A stretch of 63,381 nucleotides of DNA, filler included, from Craspedostauros australis (lineage: Eukaryota), in assembly GCA_030167865.1 (NCBI GenBank). It is 24 parts of 24 records of this genome, joined end to end, with 100 filler letters (N's around TTAATTAATTAA, not from the genome) between each part and the next. Parts side by side here need not be neighbours in the genome. Positions count along the whole stretch, not along the records: positions 1 to 1,545 come from JALAGF010000985.1; positions 1,646 to 3,368 come from JALAGF010000986.1; positions 3,469 to 4,967 come from JALAGF010000988.1; positions 5,068 to 11,099 come from JALAGF010000989.1; 20 more parts are not named here. One strand, written 5' to 3'. The notes under the pieces are model-generated. The model did not search any database. It saw only the letters and a program-made list of their open reading frames with translations, and had not been told where the DNA came from. Numbering within the stretch: the stretch's first letter is position 1; every line of letters starts with the position of its first letter. The translations under genes were made by a program, and so were the position numbers. Positions 1 to 11,199 of this stretch are shown piece after piece.

Positions 1-1545
1 CGGAATGTCTGATGGCAGCTCGGAAGGCATATCCGAAGGCTGACTCGATGGGAGATCTGATGGTAGATCGGACGGCAGCTCGGAAGGAAGACTTGATGGA
101 AGATCGGACGGAACACTTGATGGTAGGTCCGACGGCATCTCAGATGGCAGGTCGGACGGTAAATCTGATGGTATCTCAGACGGGAGGCTTGATGGTCCAC
201 TAGACGGCAAGCCTGATGGTAGATCTGACGGCATTTCGGACGGAACCTCAGACGGAAGATCGGANGGAATCTCAGATGGAATATCTGAAGGTGATTCCGA
301 TGGTAGATCCGATGGCAGACTGGAAGGCATTGCAGACGGGAGGCTNGACGGAGCCTGAGAGGGATCCTCGGANGGAATTGAGCTGGGACCCTGAGACGGG
401 ACCTCTGACGGAACCTGGCTTGGATTGGATGATGCAAGAGGTGTGGGGAACGGAGTTGGAGAGAACGTGGGACAGTCTGTTGGAAGCGTGGCTTTGCCCA
501 CGCAGAACTCATCCACCCTCTCGCCCGTTGGACTGCCGTCGCTTCTCTTTGGACACGCTCCACCCGCATCCGAGATGAGATACACCGCATCGAAGTTGCA
601 TTCCGACTGCGTCATGCATCCAACGCAGCTGTCGACGTTCGGACATCCATCGGAAGGGATGACGATGTCCGTCCTCATCGTGTCGCTGAAGCCCAGCCCC
701 TCGCATGATCCACGACGGGCGCACGCACCATCGCCGATGATCAGGCTCCCTCTGTTCTTTCCTCCGAAAACACGGTTGATGGTCGAGTGAGCGTTCTTGC
801 AGGCATTGCCACCGACACAGGCATTCGATCCGATGTTGATGTGACTTTGGATGCGAATGGGGGAATGTCCTTGTGCTGTGCGGCGGCCTGCAGAGTTGCA
901 CGCGTTCGATCCCAAGCATGCGCCGTTCTGGACGACCACATCTCCGTATGAGCGATATCCCACTCCTTCGCAAGAACGTGAGCTGGTGCACGCTACTTCA
1001 CCAACGAAGGTGACTCCTGTGATGACGGGATCGGGATCGTTCTGGTTCATGGACTCGCAAGCACTCACACCAGTGCACGAAGACTCAAGGATGAGGGGGT
1101 TGGGTCCCATGTCCTTGCATGCGTTGTCGCCGGTGCATGCAGTGAGAGCCACGGTAATGAATGGCTGTGATGGAGAGGAAGGGGAGAGAGGAGCGGCCAA
1201 GGTGCATCCTGATGTTCCTTGGCAGCATGCATCGGCGATGGGTGGTGTCTGCGTCATCCCGATCGTCCTGCACGCTTCCTTGATTTGATCTGGCCGTTCT
1301 GTGATGAGGGCTGTTCCAATATCGGCCATCAGCGTGAGTTGGTCAGCGAGCTCTGCGTTCATGGCGAATCTGTTGAAGAGTTTGCGTGCCGCTCCTTCTC
1401 CCACGTTGCCTGCACATGCGAAGTAGTTTTGCAGGTCGGCGGATCTCCTGACGGCGGTCACGGCTGTGCGGCATGATTCCTTGGTGGCGTCACACATGAT
1501 GAGCTTGATGCGGCTTTCATCGGGAGTGAGGACGGTGGCGCCGTC
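1..1545 (-). CDS. Partial probable cell-surface/secreted protein: Cys-x5-Cys repeats followed by Pro-Ser (PSxx) mucin-like repeats
   Basis: Manual translation shows a stop-free minus frame over the whole contig (absent from the ORF track because it runs off the window). ACTGDNACK, SCTGVSACE, ACLGSNACN, ACVGGNACK etc., then about 35 PSxx units at 1-423. Confidence 0.8.
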
Positions 1546-1645
1546 NNNNNNNNNNNNNNNNNNNNNNNNNNNNNNNNNNNNNNNNNNNNTTAATTAATTA
1601 ANNNNNNNNNNNNNNNNNNNNNNNNNNNNNNNNNNNNNNNNNNNN
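1546..1645. other. Artificial contig linker (first of 23; others start at 3369, 4968, 11100, 12744, 15678, 19922, 21430, 23048, 25363, 36980, 39025, 41253, 43331, 45210, 46440, 47874, 49349, 51356, 53263, 58366, 60857, 61964)
   Basis: Identical 100-nt N44-TTAATTAATTAA-N44 spacer with stop codons in all six frames. Confidence 0.98.
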
Positions 1646-3368
1646 CTCCGTGCGCGGAGCCTTCCAACACGTTTATAAACGTTAGCACCAGGGAAGCCCT
1701 GTGCAAGGAGAGATCGAAGAGCAAGAGACACTGCATGAGCGACGAGCGAGAGACGAGCTAGCATACCCTCTCACACCGGTGATCGAGGACGAAACGAAGA
1801 GCGCGAGGCGCTGAATGAGCAGAAGAGACTGAAGTGGCAGAATACCCTCTCACGCGCGTGATCGAGGAAGAGACGAGAAGCGAGACGAGCGCTGAATGAG
1901 CGAAGAAACCGAGGAGACTGCATTCCCTCTCACACCAGTGATCGAGGACGAGACCGAGGGAGACGAGGACGAGACTCTGAACCTCACGCGAGAAGGAGCG
2001 GGTGCGCCCATCCAACAACCAAGAGCTCAGCAAGGAGCTATCATCGAGACAGAAGCAGAGCAAGCTGCACGAAGAGCCGGCGCAGAGACGCGGCAGAGAG
2101 ACCAGCCAAGACCGACATCGGCATCAACAGAGACATCCACATCGACTCCATCACAGCGAGTGTTCAAAGTGGAAGCGTATGAGATAGAAGTACAAGAGAC
2201 AGAAGGCAGGGGTAGCGCGTCAGAGAGAGACAGCAGCATCGATCCCCTCGCATCCAACGACAACGAAGAGTCAGACAGAGAAGAAGAGAGAGAAGAGAGC
2301 CAATCGACAGGCGGCACACGAGACACGAGCAAGCAGGCAACAACGAGAAAGAAGATGACGAAGGACATGTACAAGAGGCGCAAGGCCCCACCCTTCAGTG
2401 GCAAGAAGGAAGACTACAATGCGTGGGAATCGCAAGCCAAGGCGTACGCGCGTACGCAGCGATACAAGGACATCATGATGGGAGAGAAGACCATCCCGAC
2501 GAAAGAAGACATCGAAAGAGAGAGCGATGAGGAGAAGAGGGAGGCCCTCGAAGAGACGTGCGAACTGGCGCTGGACTGCTTCAGCGATCTGATCCTGATG
2601 ATGGATGCAGAGCAAGGAACTGGAAAGCAGGCAATCCAGCTGATCAACCAATGCTGCGACGAGCAGCACCCCGAGGGGAACCCAGCGGCAGCATGGAAGA
2701 TGCTGAAGGAGAAGTACCAGCCAACCGATGCATCCACGGTACTTCGACTGAAGCGCCAATTCAACACCGAGCGCATGGCGAGGGATACGGATCCCGACAT
2801 CTACGTCACACGGCTTGAGCTGCTCCGCACTCGCCTTCACGATGTGAGCTACGAGATCAGTGAGAGAGAGCTGATCATGCAAGTGCTCAGCAGCCTCAGC
2901 AAGGACTACGACGACGAAGTGAGCAACTTCGAATACCAACTGCAGATGGGTCCAGAGAAGGTGACGATCGAGGCCATCCGGAATGTGCTGAACTACAGAT
3001 ACTCCAAACTCCAAGGTGGAAAAGCGTACGTGGACGACTTCGCGGATACTGGCAGCAAGCGCGACGACGCGGCGATGGCTGCGACAGGCGGATTCAAGGG
3101 CAACTGCCACAACTGCGGAAAGTACGGCCATCGGTCTGCGAATTGTCCAGACAGAAAGCAAGCGGCCGACAACAACAACAACCATCAATCCAACAACGGC
3201 CGACGAGGAGGCTACAACAACAGAGGCAACCGAAGAGATCAGCGCGGCAATCAAGGCAACCGCGGCAACAGAGGAAGAGGTCGTGGCAACGGCTTCAGCG
3301 GGAAGTGCCATTACTGTGGCATCCCAGGACATCGAGAGGCAGACTGCAGGAAGAAAAAGTTCAACGAA
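1646..3368 (+). mobile_element. Ty1/copia element 5' fragment: LTR end (..CCAACA, 1669), leader, gag
   Basis: CCGTGCGCGGAGCCTTCCAACA resembles the LTR end at 5941-5962; followed by CGTTTATAAACG and a gag ORF. Confidence 0.85.
1896..3368 (+). CDS. gag: Copia Gag (UBN2-type) with two CCHC zinc knuckles, 3' partial
   Basis: APPFSGKKEDYNAWE, DPDIYVTRLE, CHNCGKYGHRSANC, CHYCGIPGHREADC; clear paralog of ORF 6186-8102. Confidence 0.9.
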
Positions 3369-4159
3369 NNNNNNNNNNNNNNNNNNNNNNNNNNNNNNNN
3401 NNNNNNNNNNNNTTAATTAATTAANNNNNNNNNNNNNNNNNNNNNNNNNNNNNNNNNNNNNNNNNNNNAGACATGCGATAGCACGTGTATGCAACCACAC
3501 AGATTGCGAGATAGATTGGCAACATCTTCATTTGCGCTCATTGACATCGTTGCTAGACGTGAAGAGTTGAGGTAATACTTCTGAAAACTGTACATGCATG
3601 TTCATGTCTGACTATTCAAACAACGGTAGCCTATCCTGAACGTGGATTGGCCTGACTGATGATGCACGTTTGATGGTGCTCGAATTGAGGGGTACCCGGT
3701 AGCAGACATCTTCGTGGTTGTTCTTCCGCTGGCGAGGTTGACCACTGCATGATCGTGACGATCGACCGCGGTGTGGACTGATACGACAATCTATTCTAGG
3801 TTATCCGCATCCCCCAGGCGGTGTTTGTCCGTTGAGTCATTGAGAGTCACGCTTAGTACCTGGGAATGATAGCGCGTTCTTCGTCTCGGATTTCCAGCGA
3901 ACACGAGCGCTTTCGGCACATGTGAGTATCATGATACTATGCCCCAACACAGATGAGGAGCGGTGAAACTACAGTGACCGACGTGGCGAACGCACCCGCA
4001 CATCGAAGAGGGAGGGGCAATACATGGGGGAGAACACGCTCCAGTGTCCAAGCCCTGTCGGATCGGTGTTCTTCCGAAGTTTCGCACTCGCGAACGCGCA
4101 TTGGCACTCGCGTAACCGTCACTGAGTATGTGAAATGAAATGCGTTGGTAGCGACATGG

Positions 4160-4830
4160 TCACGACACAGGATAGACGTGGGATCCCTATGAACACGCCT
4201 TGGACACGACATGGACGTGCGACAAGCACGACATGGACATGCGACAGACACGACAGAGGACCGGATCGACGAGCAAGGGGACGCGCAAGTGACGAGCAAG
4301 GGGACGTCCAAGTGACGACCAAATTTCTCGCAATTACCGTGGTTTTGTCGGTGTGACATGTTGCGAAATGGGCCATACTACCATGTCTAGTCTAGTTGTA
4401 TGTTCAAGGGCGATAGAGTGCACTTTTCAAAAATAGACTGCATGAATGTAAGCGTACGATCTATACCATGGTAGCACACGTATTTGATCTTGATTGCAAC
4501 ATCATTCTGAAACACAGTTGACAACAGAGTTTTGCATCGCAGCGTCTCCAGACTGATCACCTACGATACTGTGACATCTCTCTATAAGTAAAGTGCGGTA
4601 AGGGACATGTCGATTTTTCAGGAATCGACNAGCAAGGGGACGTGCAAGTGACNAGCAAGGGGACGAGCAAGTGACGAGCAAGGGGACGTGCAAGGGACGC
4701 GACATGAGCACGACGTGAGCACGACGTGAACGCGACGTAGACGTGCCTTCGATGTGACATTGGTGCAATGGATACACGACTTGGACGCGACCCTGTCACG
4801 ACTTGGACACGACATAGGTACGACTTCGCA
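4160..4830 (+). repeat. Two blocks of degenerate tandem repeats (23-bp GACGAGCAAGGGGACGTGCAAGT plus CACGAC units)
   Basis: Unit seen twice at ~4268-4318 and three times at ~4627-4698. Confidence 0.75.
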
Positions 4831-5242
4831 CACATGGCTGCACGAGGGGCGTTGCGAATGACAGTGACGCTCAACGCATGCGTGCGGAGAAACTAGTGTC
4901 CGTTCCGTTGGTCCGTCTGTTTCGACCCCATAAATAGGCGCCTGTGCTATCCGCGGGAAATACCCCGNNNNNNNNNNNNNNNNNNNNNNNNNNNNNNNNN
5001 NNNNNNNNNNNTTAATTAATTAANNNNNNNNNNNNNNNNNNNNNNNNNNNNNNNNNNNNNNNNNNNNGTGCAACTGGTCGATTGCTAGGTTGCGGTTTGT
5101 CTGGGAGATGCTATTGGGGGTTGCGGCAATCGTGGGTATCTTTGCACTTAATACCATTCCGGTTCCAGTCAGTCCTCATGGGAGCTGCGGCAGAATACGG
5201 TATCTTTGCAAAGTCGTACCCCCGATTCCTGACATACATTTG

Positions 5243-5962
5243 TGTCGATAGTGAACTGTACTTTGCCAAAATCACATCACGAAATCGAACACAGAAATAT
5301 GAGGAGAATTTCTGAAGGAAATTTGCAATCAACGATTTCTGAGAGTATCAAGAACATCGTCCATCCATCCATCCATCCATCCATCAATGGAAACGTATGA
5401 TACCAAACAAATCTTGAGGTACCTCCCAACTAAACCTGAGATGACAATATCATCTGACAGACCACTGCATCACCAATGGAACGTGACATCTGGAGAGAAG
5501 AAGGACGCCTACTGACGTCAACAGGATGTCATTGTGTCACCACATCGACATCTGTCTCCAAGTCAGAGCAGGAGGCGAAGATCCGATGACCGAAGAGCAT
5601 CAGCATCATGGATACAGAAGGTGAACTTCAAATGGCGAGTACTCATGGAGTAGGAGCCAGTACTGAATGAACGGAGTGTCGAGTGCGGAGTACGCATCGA
5701 ACAGGGAGTATCGTGCGCGACGAGCACACGATGTTGAGAGAGAGAGAGAGAATACAGAGAGGAGCGAGAGAGCATCTTGCTCACCAACTCATAGTCGGAG
5801 ACCAAATCTATGAAACAGATTGAAGCGCCGAGAACATCAGGCAAGAGAACAGGTGTACACCGAGAGGATCGGAGTAGCCAAGTAATGAAATAGCAAACAG
5901 AAGACTATCAACCAACACCATCTTCCACGATCGTAGGTTACCGTGAGCGGAACTTGCCAACA
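5243..5962 (+). repeat. 5' LTR (family A) of copia element; left boundary may lie 30-60 nt further upstream
   Basis: TGTCG...CCAACA termini; parts recur at 15240, 21530, 45310, 53179, 62604 and 63025; directly precedes gag-pol. Confidence 0.85.
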
Positions 5963-6185
5963 CGTTTATAAACGATAGATCAGGGCNNNNNNNNNNNNNN
6001 NNNNNNNNNNNNNNNNNNNNNNNNNNNNNNNNNNNNNNNNNNNNNNNNNNNNNNNNNNNNNNNNNNNNNNNNNNNNNNNNNNNNNNNNNNNNNNNNNNNN
6101 NNAAGAAGAAGGTGCGAGTGAGACTCCACCACGAGAAGAGAAGGAAGCAGCCGCGGCTACTGTCCTATCAGGCGCAGACGCAAGC

Positions 6186-8102
6186 GTGATCGACGAGACC
6201 GAAGAGGAACGATCTGCAAGACAACATCGCGAGAAGGAGAGGATCCTCAAGGCGATTAAGCAAGAGGAGACTGGTGTGACGGAGAGCATTCGCACAGCCA
6301 AACAGAGTGGGAAAAGTGAGACACCACCAGGAGGAGAATTTGTGAGCAAATCAACCCTCGCGAAACAACAAGCGAAAATCGAAGAATCGACAACACAGAA
6401 ACAGACGAAAATCAAGGGCGCGAGCGCACCAACAACAAAACAACGAATCAACATGGCGACATCAGCCAACATGAACAAGCAACGCATCAAGGCGCCGATG
6501 TTCAGCGGTGAACAGGAAGACTACAGNNCATGGGAGTCCCAAGCGAAGGCATACGCTCGTGCACAGAAGACGAGAGACGTGATGTTGGGCAAGACCAAGG
6601 TGCCAACAGTGAGCGAGATCGCGGCAGCCGCCGAGGATGCCAAAGAAGCGATGGAAGAAATCTACGAGCTGGGATGCGACTGCTTCAGCAATCTGATCCT
6701 CATGATGGATGCAGAGAAAGGAAAGGGCAAGCAGGCCATCCAGTACATCAACCAATGCGTCTCCGACGATTATCCCGAAGGAGATGCACACGCAGCGTGG
6801 AACGTTCTCGCGGAGAAGTTCCAACCATCCGACGCGGCAACGAAGATCAAACTCAAGCGCCAATTCAACAACGAAAAGATGAAGAGAGACACGGACCCCG
6901 ACATCTACATCACGCGACTCGAGAGTCTACGATCGCGTCTCCACGATGTCAAGTACGAGATCACAGATGAGGAGATGATCATGCAAATCCTCAGCACGGT
7001 GAGCAGTGAATACAAAACTCACATCGTGAACTTCCAACATCAACTCACGTTTAATCCGACAGTGGTCACTATCAACACGATCAGAGGAGTACTCCGCACA
7101 GCACACGCCACTCATCAAGGAGGCAAGGCGTACATCGACGACTTCCAAGACAGTACCACGAAGAGCAACAACACCGGCTTCACGAGCACCGGTAACTTCA
7201 AGGGTACCTGCCACAACTGTGGTGTGTATGGTCACAGATCTGCCGATTGCCCAGAACGCAAGAAATCGAACAACAAGAAAAACAACAACAACAACAACAA
7301 CAAGATGAACGGAAAGCGCAACAACAACCGCAACAAAGGAAATGGCTTCAACAGGAAGTGCAACTACTGTGGCATCTTCGGACACCGCGAGGCGGAGTGC
7401 CGTAAGAAGAAGTTCAACGAGAACAAGAAGACCAACGAACAGGCCAACACAGCAACGGAAGGACACGACAAGAGCGGGCACGAGATGGTACTCTCGGCAA
7501 AGGACATGCCGCTCTGCATGTTGGTGTCCAACGACTACATCATAGACTCCTTCTTCGATAACTTCGAGTACGTCAGGAATGACGACGAAGTGCAGGACGA
7601 TGAGATCGTCCTGGAGTGGCTCAGTGAGGAGCCCATCATCCACGAGGTGGATCCAAGACGCGAGGTGAGCTACGAGTGCTGCTTCAACGCGCACGACCTG
7701 ATCGGTTCATACGGCGACGAAGCTGAGATGGACGACGAGGCCAACGATAGCGACATCGAAGAGGCCATGAGCAATGACGACGACGACGCCGACGAGGACG
7801 GCGCAGATGAAGACGATGACGATACCACCAGAGACGAGGCGAACCGCGCCGAGGCGCTGCCTCCTCCAGCAATGCGGAACGAGAGAACGGGCATCTTCGA
7901 TGAAGAGGACAGCGACGAAGCTGAAGACCATCCAAGCAATACGTTCAATCCTTATGAACACGTCGTCTACCCAATCCGATCCAATTCCCACCGGAACCAA
8001 ATCCCAGAAGAGTCGACGACATCTACCGACTCCAGACCTTCCCAGAACCAACTGTTACTGCAAAACGAATGCAGAAGCAACTCATCTACGACGCGGTCCT
8101 AA
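6186..8102 (+). CDS. gag: Copia Gag with two CCHC knuckles (first ATG 6453; frameshift near 7978)
   Basis: CHNCGVYGHRSADC, CNYCGIFGHREAEC; similarity to the 58466 paralog switches frame near 7978. Confidence 0.88.
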   Translation: MIDETEEERSARQHREKERILKAIKQEETGVTESIRTAKQSGKSETPPGGEFVSKSTLAKQQAKIEESTTQKQTKIKGASAPTTKQRINMATSANMNKQRIKAPMFSGEQEDYXXWESQAKAYARAQKTRDVMLGKTKVPTVSEIAAAAEDAKEAMEEIYELGCDCFSNLILMMDAEKGKGKQAIQYINQCVSDDYPEGDAHAAWNVLAEKFQPSDAATKIKLKRQFNNEKMKRDTDPDIYITRLESLRSRLHDVKYEITDEEMIMQILSTVSSEYKTHIVNFQHQLTFNPTVVTINTIRGVLRTAHATHQGGKAYIDDFQDSTTKSNNTGFTSTGNFKGTCHNCGVYGHRSADCPERKKSNNKKNNNNNNNKMNGKRNNNRNKGNGFNRKCNYCGIFGHREAECRKKKFNENKKTNEQANTATEGHDKSGHEMVLSAKDMPLCMLVSNDYIIDSFFDNFEYVRNDDEVQDDEIVLEWLSEEPIIHEVDPRREVSYECCFNAHDLIGSYGDEAEMDDEANDSDIEEAMSNDDDDADEDGADEDDDDTTRDEANRAEALPPPAMRNERTGIFDEEDSDEAEDHPSNTFNPYEHVVYPIRSNSHRNQIPEESTTSTDSRPSQNQLLLQNECRSNSSTTRS

Positions 8103-9049
8103 CAGCTGCATTGCCGATGTTCCCAGGGTTCATGAACAAACCATTGCGATACATATGGGTGAACATGGTAAGCACCATCCTTTCCGCTAACTTCAAATCG
8201 ATTGAAGAGATCCTCGCAAACGCAGCCATTCTCAACCGACTACTGCAGGCAGCAGGGGAAGACGAGCTTTCCAAACTCGACTTACACTACATGCTCGGAG
8301 GATGCATGCAGATGCTCCTGCGCGAGCAACCGCGCGTCACACCATATGACACGGTCACCGGAGTTCATCGGAACAGCACAGTCCCAGCGGACTTCGCAGA
8401 ACTACCAAGCGATGATGGAATGGACGAAGATTGCAATCCATACAACGAAGATGGAGTCCACGAAGATGAAGAAGAAGACGGCCTCATGGATGAAATGGCT
8501 GCAGCAGCCGTGGAGCAGCTCCACGAGTTGAGCACCAGATACAAGGACAAGGTCAACAAGGACACCTGGCTCGCCGACAGCGGAGCTTTGTGTCACATCG
8601 TCAATTCAGACGCCGCTCTCTTCAACGTGCGGCACATCAAGTCCTTCGTCCAAGTGGGAGACAGCACGAAGCTGGACTCTCCCAAAATGGGATCCATTCG
8701 CTTGAAGGTCAAGCAACGAGACAACACTGGCCACATCATCCGGCTCGATGATGTAAAGTACACACCGAAAATGGCGGTGAACCTTTTCTCAATGAACAAG
8801 GCTCTGTACAACGGTTACCAGCTTGGTAACAACGGCATTCTGATGGACATCATCAACGGATCCGGAACAAAGATCGTGTTCGATCGAGTCTTCCCCACAT
8901 CCAACGGATTCATCACAGGAGTGCAGATGCATCCCATCATGCCAACGGACGATGGCAAGGCTTCCACAGCCATCATCAAGAACTCATCCAAGGAGATCAG
9001 CACGGTGAACTTGCATCGAATGCTCGGCCACGCGCCACTCGAACCATGA
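8069..9049 (+). pseudogene. pol: Copia pol fragment: linker domain, aspartic protease, start of integrase HHCC
   Basis: WLADSGALCH protease motif, VNLFS, LHRMLGH; 1-nt deletion at ~9044 relative to paralog (HAPLEAMQRTA). Confidence 0.9.
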
Positions 9050-11099
9050 AGCGGACAGCCGCCCAATACAGATGGAAGATCATCGGCGAGATGCCGGTAT
9101 GTCGCGACTGCGCGGTCGCGAACGCAAGAGTGAAGAATATTCCGAAGGCAACGATTCCAAGAGCAACTCGCCGCGGCGAACGTCTGTTCATTGACATTAA
9201 TTACACTAAACACATAAGCTTCGGAGAAAAACGCTACTGGGCCCTGATCGTGGACGACTGCTCGGATCACTGCTGGAGTTTCTTTCTCAAGAACAAAAGT
9301 GATCAACCAGGATACATCAAACGATTCGTCCAGACGATCAAATCACAGACTGGTGACCAACAGATCATCTTCCGAGGTGATAACAGCAGAGAGAACAAAT
9401 CCACGCAGGATACTCTCATCGATGCAGGACTCAACGTGAAATTCGAATTCACGGCATCGAACACGCCGCAACAGAACGGTAGAGTGGAACGCAAGTTCGC
9501 GTACCTCTATATCAAGATCCGCTCCATGCTCAATGGAGCACAGCTCAACGAAGAATATAGGCATGGCCTGTGGGCAGCTGCTGCGAGCACTGCCACTGCC
9601 ATCGCCAACATCACCGTAGCGAAGAATCAGAAAGAGTCACCACATCGACAATTCTTTGGCAACGATCCACCATATGCGGACGCACTCCGCATTTTCGGAG
9701 AGGTGGGTGTTGTGAAGACTACCTACGGCGGGATCACCGCCAAACTCAAGAATAGAGGAGAAGAGATGGTATTCATTGGGTGTGCACACCAACATGCATC
9801 AGGGGTCTACAACATGTACAGACCATCGACCAAGTCACTGATCTGCTCATGTGACATCAAGTGGCTCAACCAATCATACGGACAGTTCCGTGGCTGGGCA
9901 CCAGCACCAAACATATCCAGCGAAGCAGGAACGACGGACGCAGACGGCTTCACAACCATCGGACGGAAGGGAGCAATGCCAAGGACGGCGATGCGTCGAA
10001 CATCAGAAGCGAAGAGAGTATCTTTCGCTGGCACGAACAAGTATCACATCCTATCAGATAGCGACGATGAGGATGATGAGGATGATGAGGATGATGGAGT
10101 AGTGACTCAACTAAGTCATAACGACGAGGAAGATCGGAGCGAATCCAATCATGAGGATGACGAGATCACACCATCCGGCGACGAAGCCGACGATGACACA
10201 GGCGTCACTCCTCCAAATACACCAGTGAGGTCTACACATGACGTACCATCCAGACCTCCACCCAACAAACCAAACAAACGTGACATAGCTAGAAAGGAGA
10301 GAATCCGACGTCATGAAGCACGAGACAGGAAGGGAGAAGCTAATCCTAAGTCAACTACAGGGAAGAGTACTCCCAGAGCTCTGCGTGAGCTCGCAGACTT
10401 CAACGAACGAGGTCGAAAGGAGGAAGGCTATGAGAGCAAGTCATCATCCAATGACGATAGTGACGAACTGAGCGATGAGATAACCGACGAGTCCAACAAC
10501 GAAACTACAGATGACGAAGAAATCGAAGACAAAGATGAAGAGATCGAGATCACTCACCATAGCACAACAGGACTATACGGAATGAATGCAATCATCACCG
10601 AGGCACCAATGATCGACATCGGATTGTCAATGCAGGACGAGAACAAGGAACAAGAGAAGCACATCGAACCAACGACATTCAATGGAGCCTTCAATCATCC
10701 AGATCCCATCCATCAAAAGGGATATCGAGCAGCCATCAAGAAGGAGTTCGACTCCATGAACACACAAAAGGTGTACAGCAAGATCAAACGATACGCCATC
10801 CCACGCGGCCGCAGATGCTGCAAATGCAAATGGGTCTTCAAGCTGAAACGCGACGGCACACATCGAGCACGGCTCGTTGCATGTGGCAAATCACAAATCG
10901 CAGGAGTAGACTTCCAAGAGCATTACTCACCCGTCATCCATGACGTGACCTATCGGGTCATGATGGTGATCATGCTGATCAAGAAGATGGACTGCGCACT
11001 CGTCGATGTCGTAATGGCATTCCTACATGGAGACCTCGACAAGGAGATCTACATGAACTGTCCCAACGGGATGGATCATCAAGCAGACGAAGCCCTGAC
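9046..11099 (+). pseudogene. pol: Copia pol fragment: integrase core and N-terminal reverse transcriptase
   Basis: CRDC, LFIDI, IVDD, RGDNS, TPQQNGRVERK; RT CKWVFKLK..RARLVACG..QIAGVDF, VDVVMAFLHGDL. Confidence 0.93.
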
Positions 11100-11199
11100 N
11101 NNNNNNNNNNNNNNNNNNNNNNNNNNNNNNNNNNNNNNNNNNNTTAATTAATTAANNNNNNNNNNNNNNNNNNNNNNNNNNNNNNNNNNNNNNNNNNNN

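Larger units (their letters stand above)
5243..11099 (+). mobile_element. Ty1/copia (CoDi-like) LTR retrotransposon, 3' truncated by contig end, frameshifted
   Basis: LTR-gag-PR-INT-RT order typical of Ty1/copia. Confidence 0.93.

Noticed and set aside
12..578. Plus-strand repeat ORFs 12-203 and 216-578
   Set aside because: Antisense to the Pro-Ser repeat of the minus-strand gene.
2271..3332. Long antisense/alternate-frame ORFs (also 27968-29248, 54247-55194, 54256-55320 and others)
   Set aside because: Shadows of GC-rich real ORFs with no motifs of their own.
5963..5974. Half-tRNA anticodon-loop PBS explanation for the palindrome
   Set aside because: Its complement does not fold as a stem with a 7-nt anticodon loop and does not match the GGTTATG-type iMet site; not fully excluded without host tRNAs.
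9040..9050. Programmed frameshift in copia pol
   Set aside because: The paralog at 58466-60856 is continuous here; a 1-nt deletion (decay or sequencing error) explains it.
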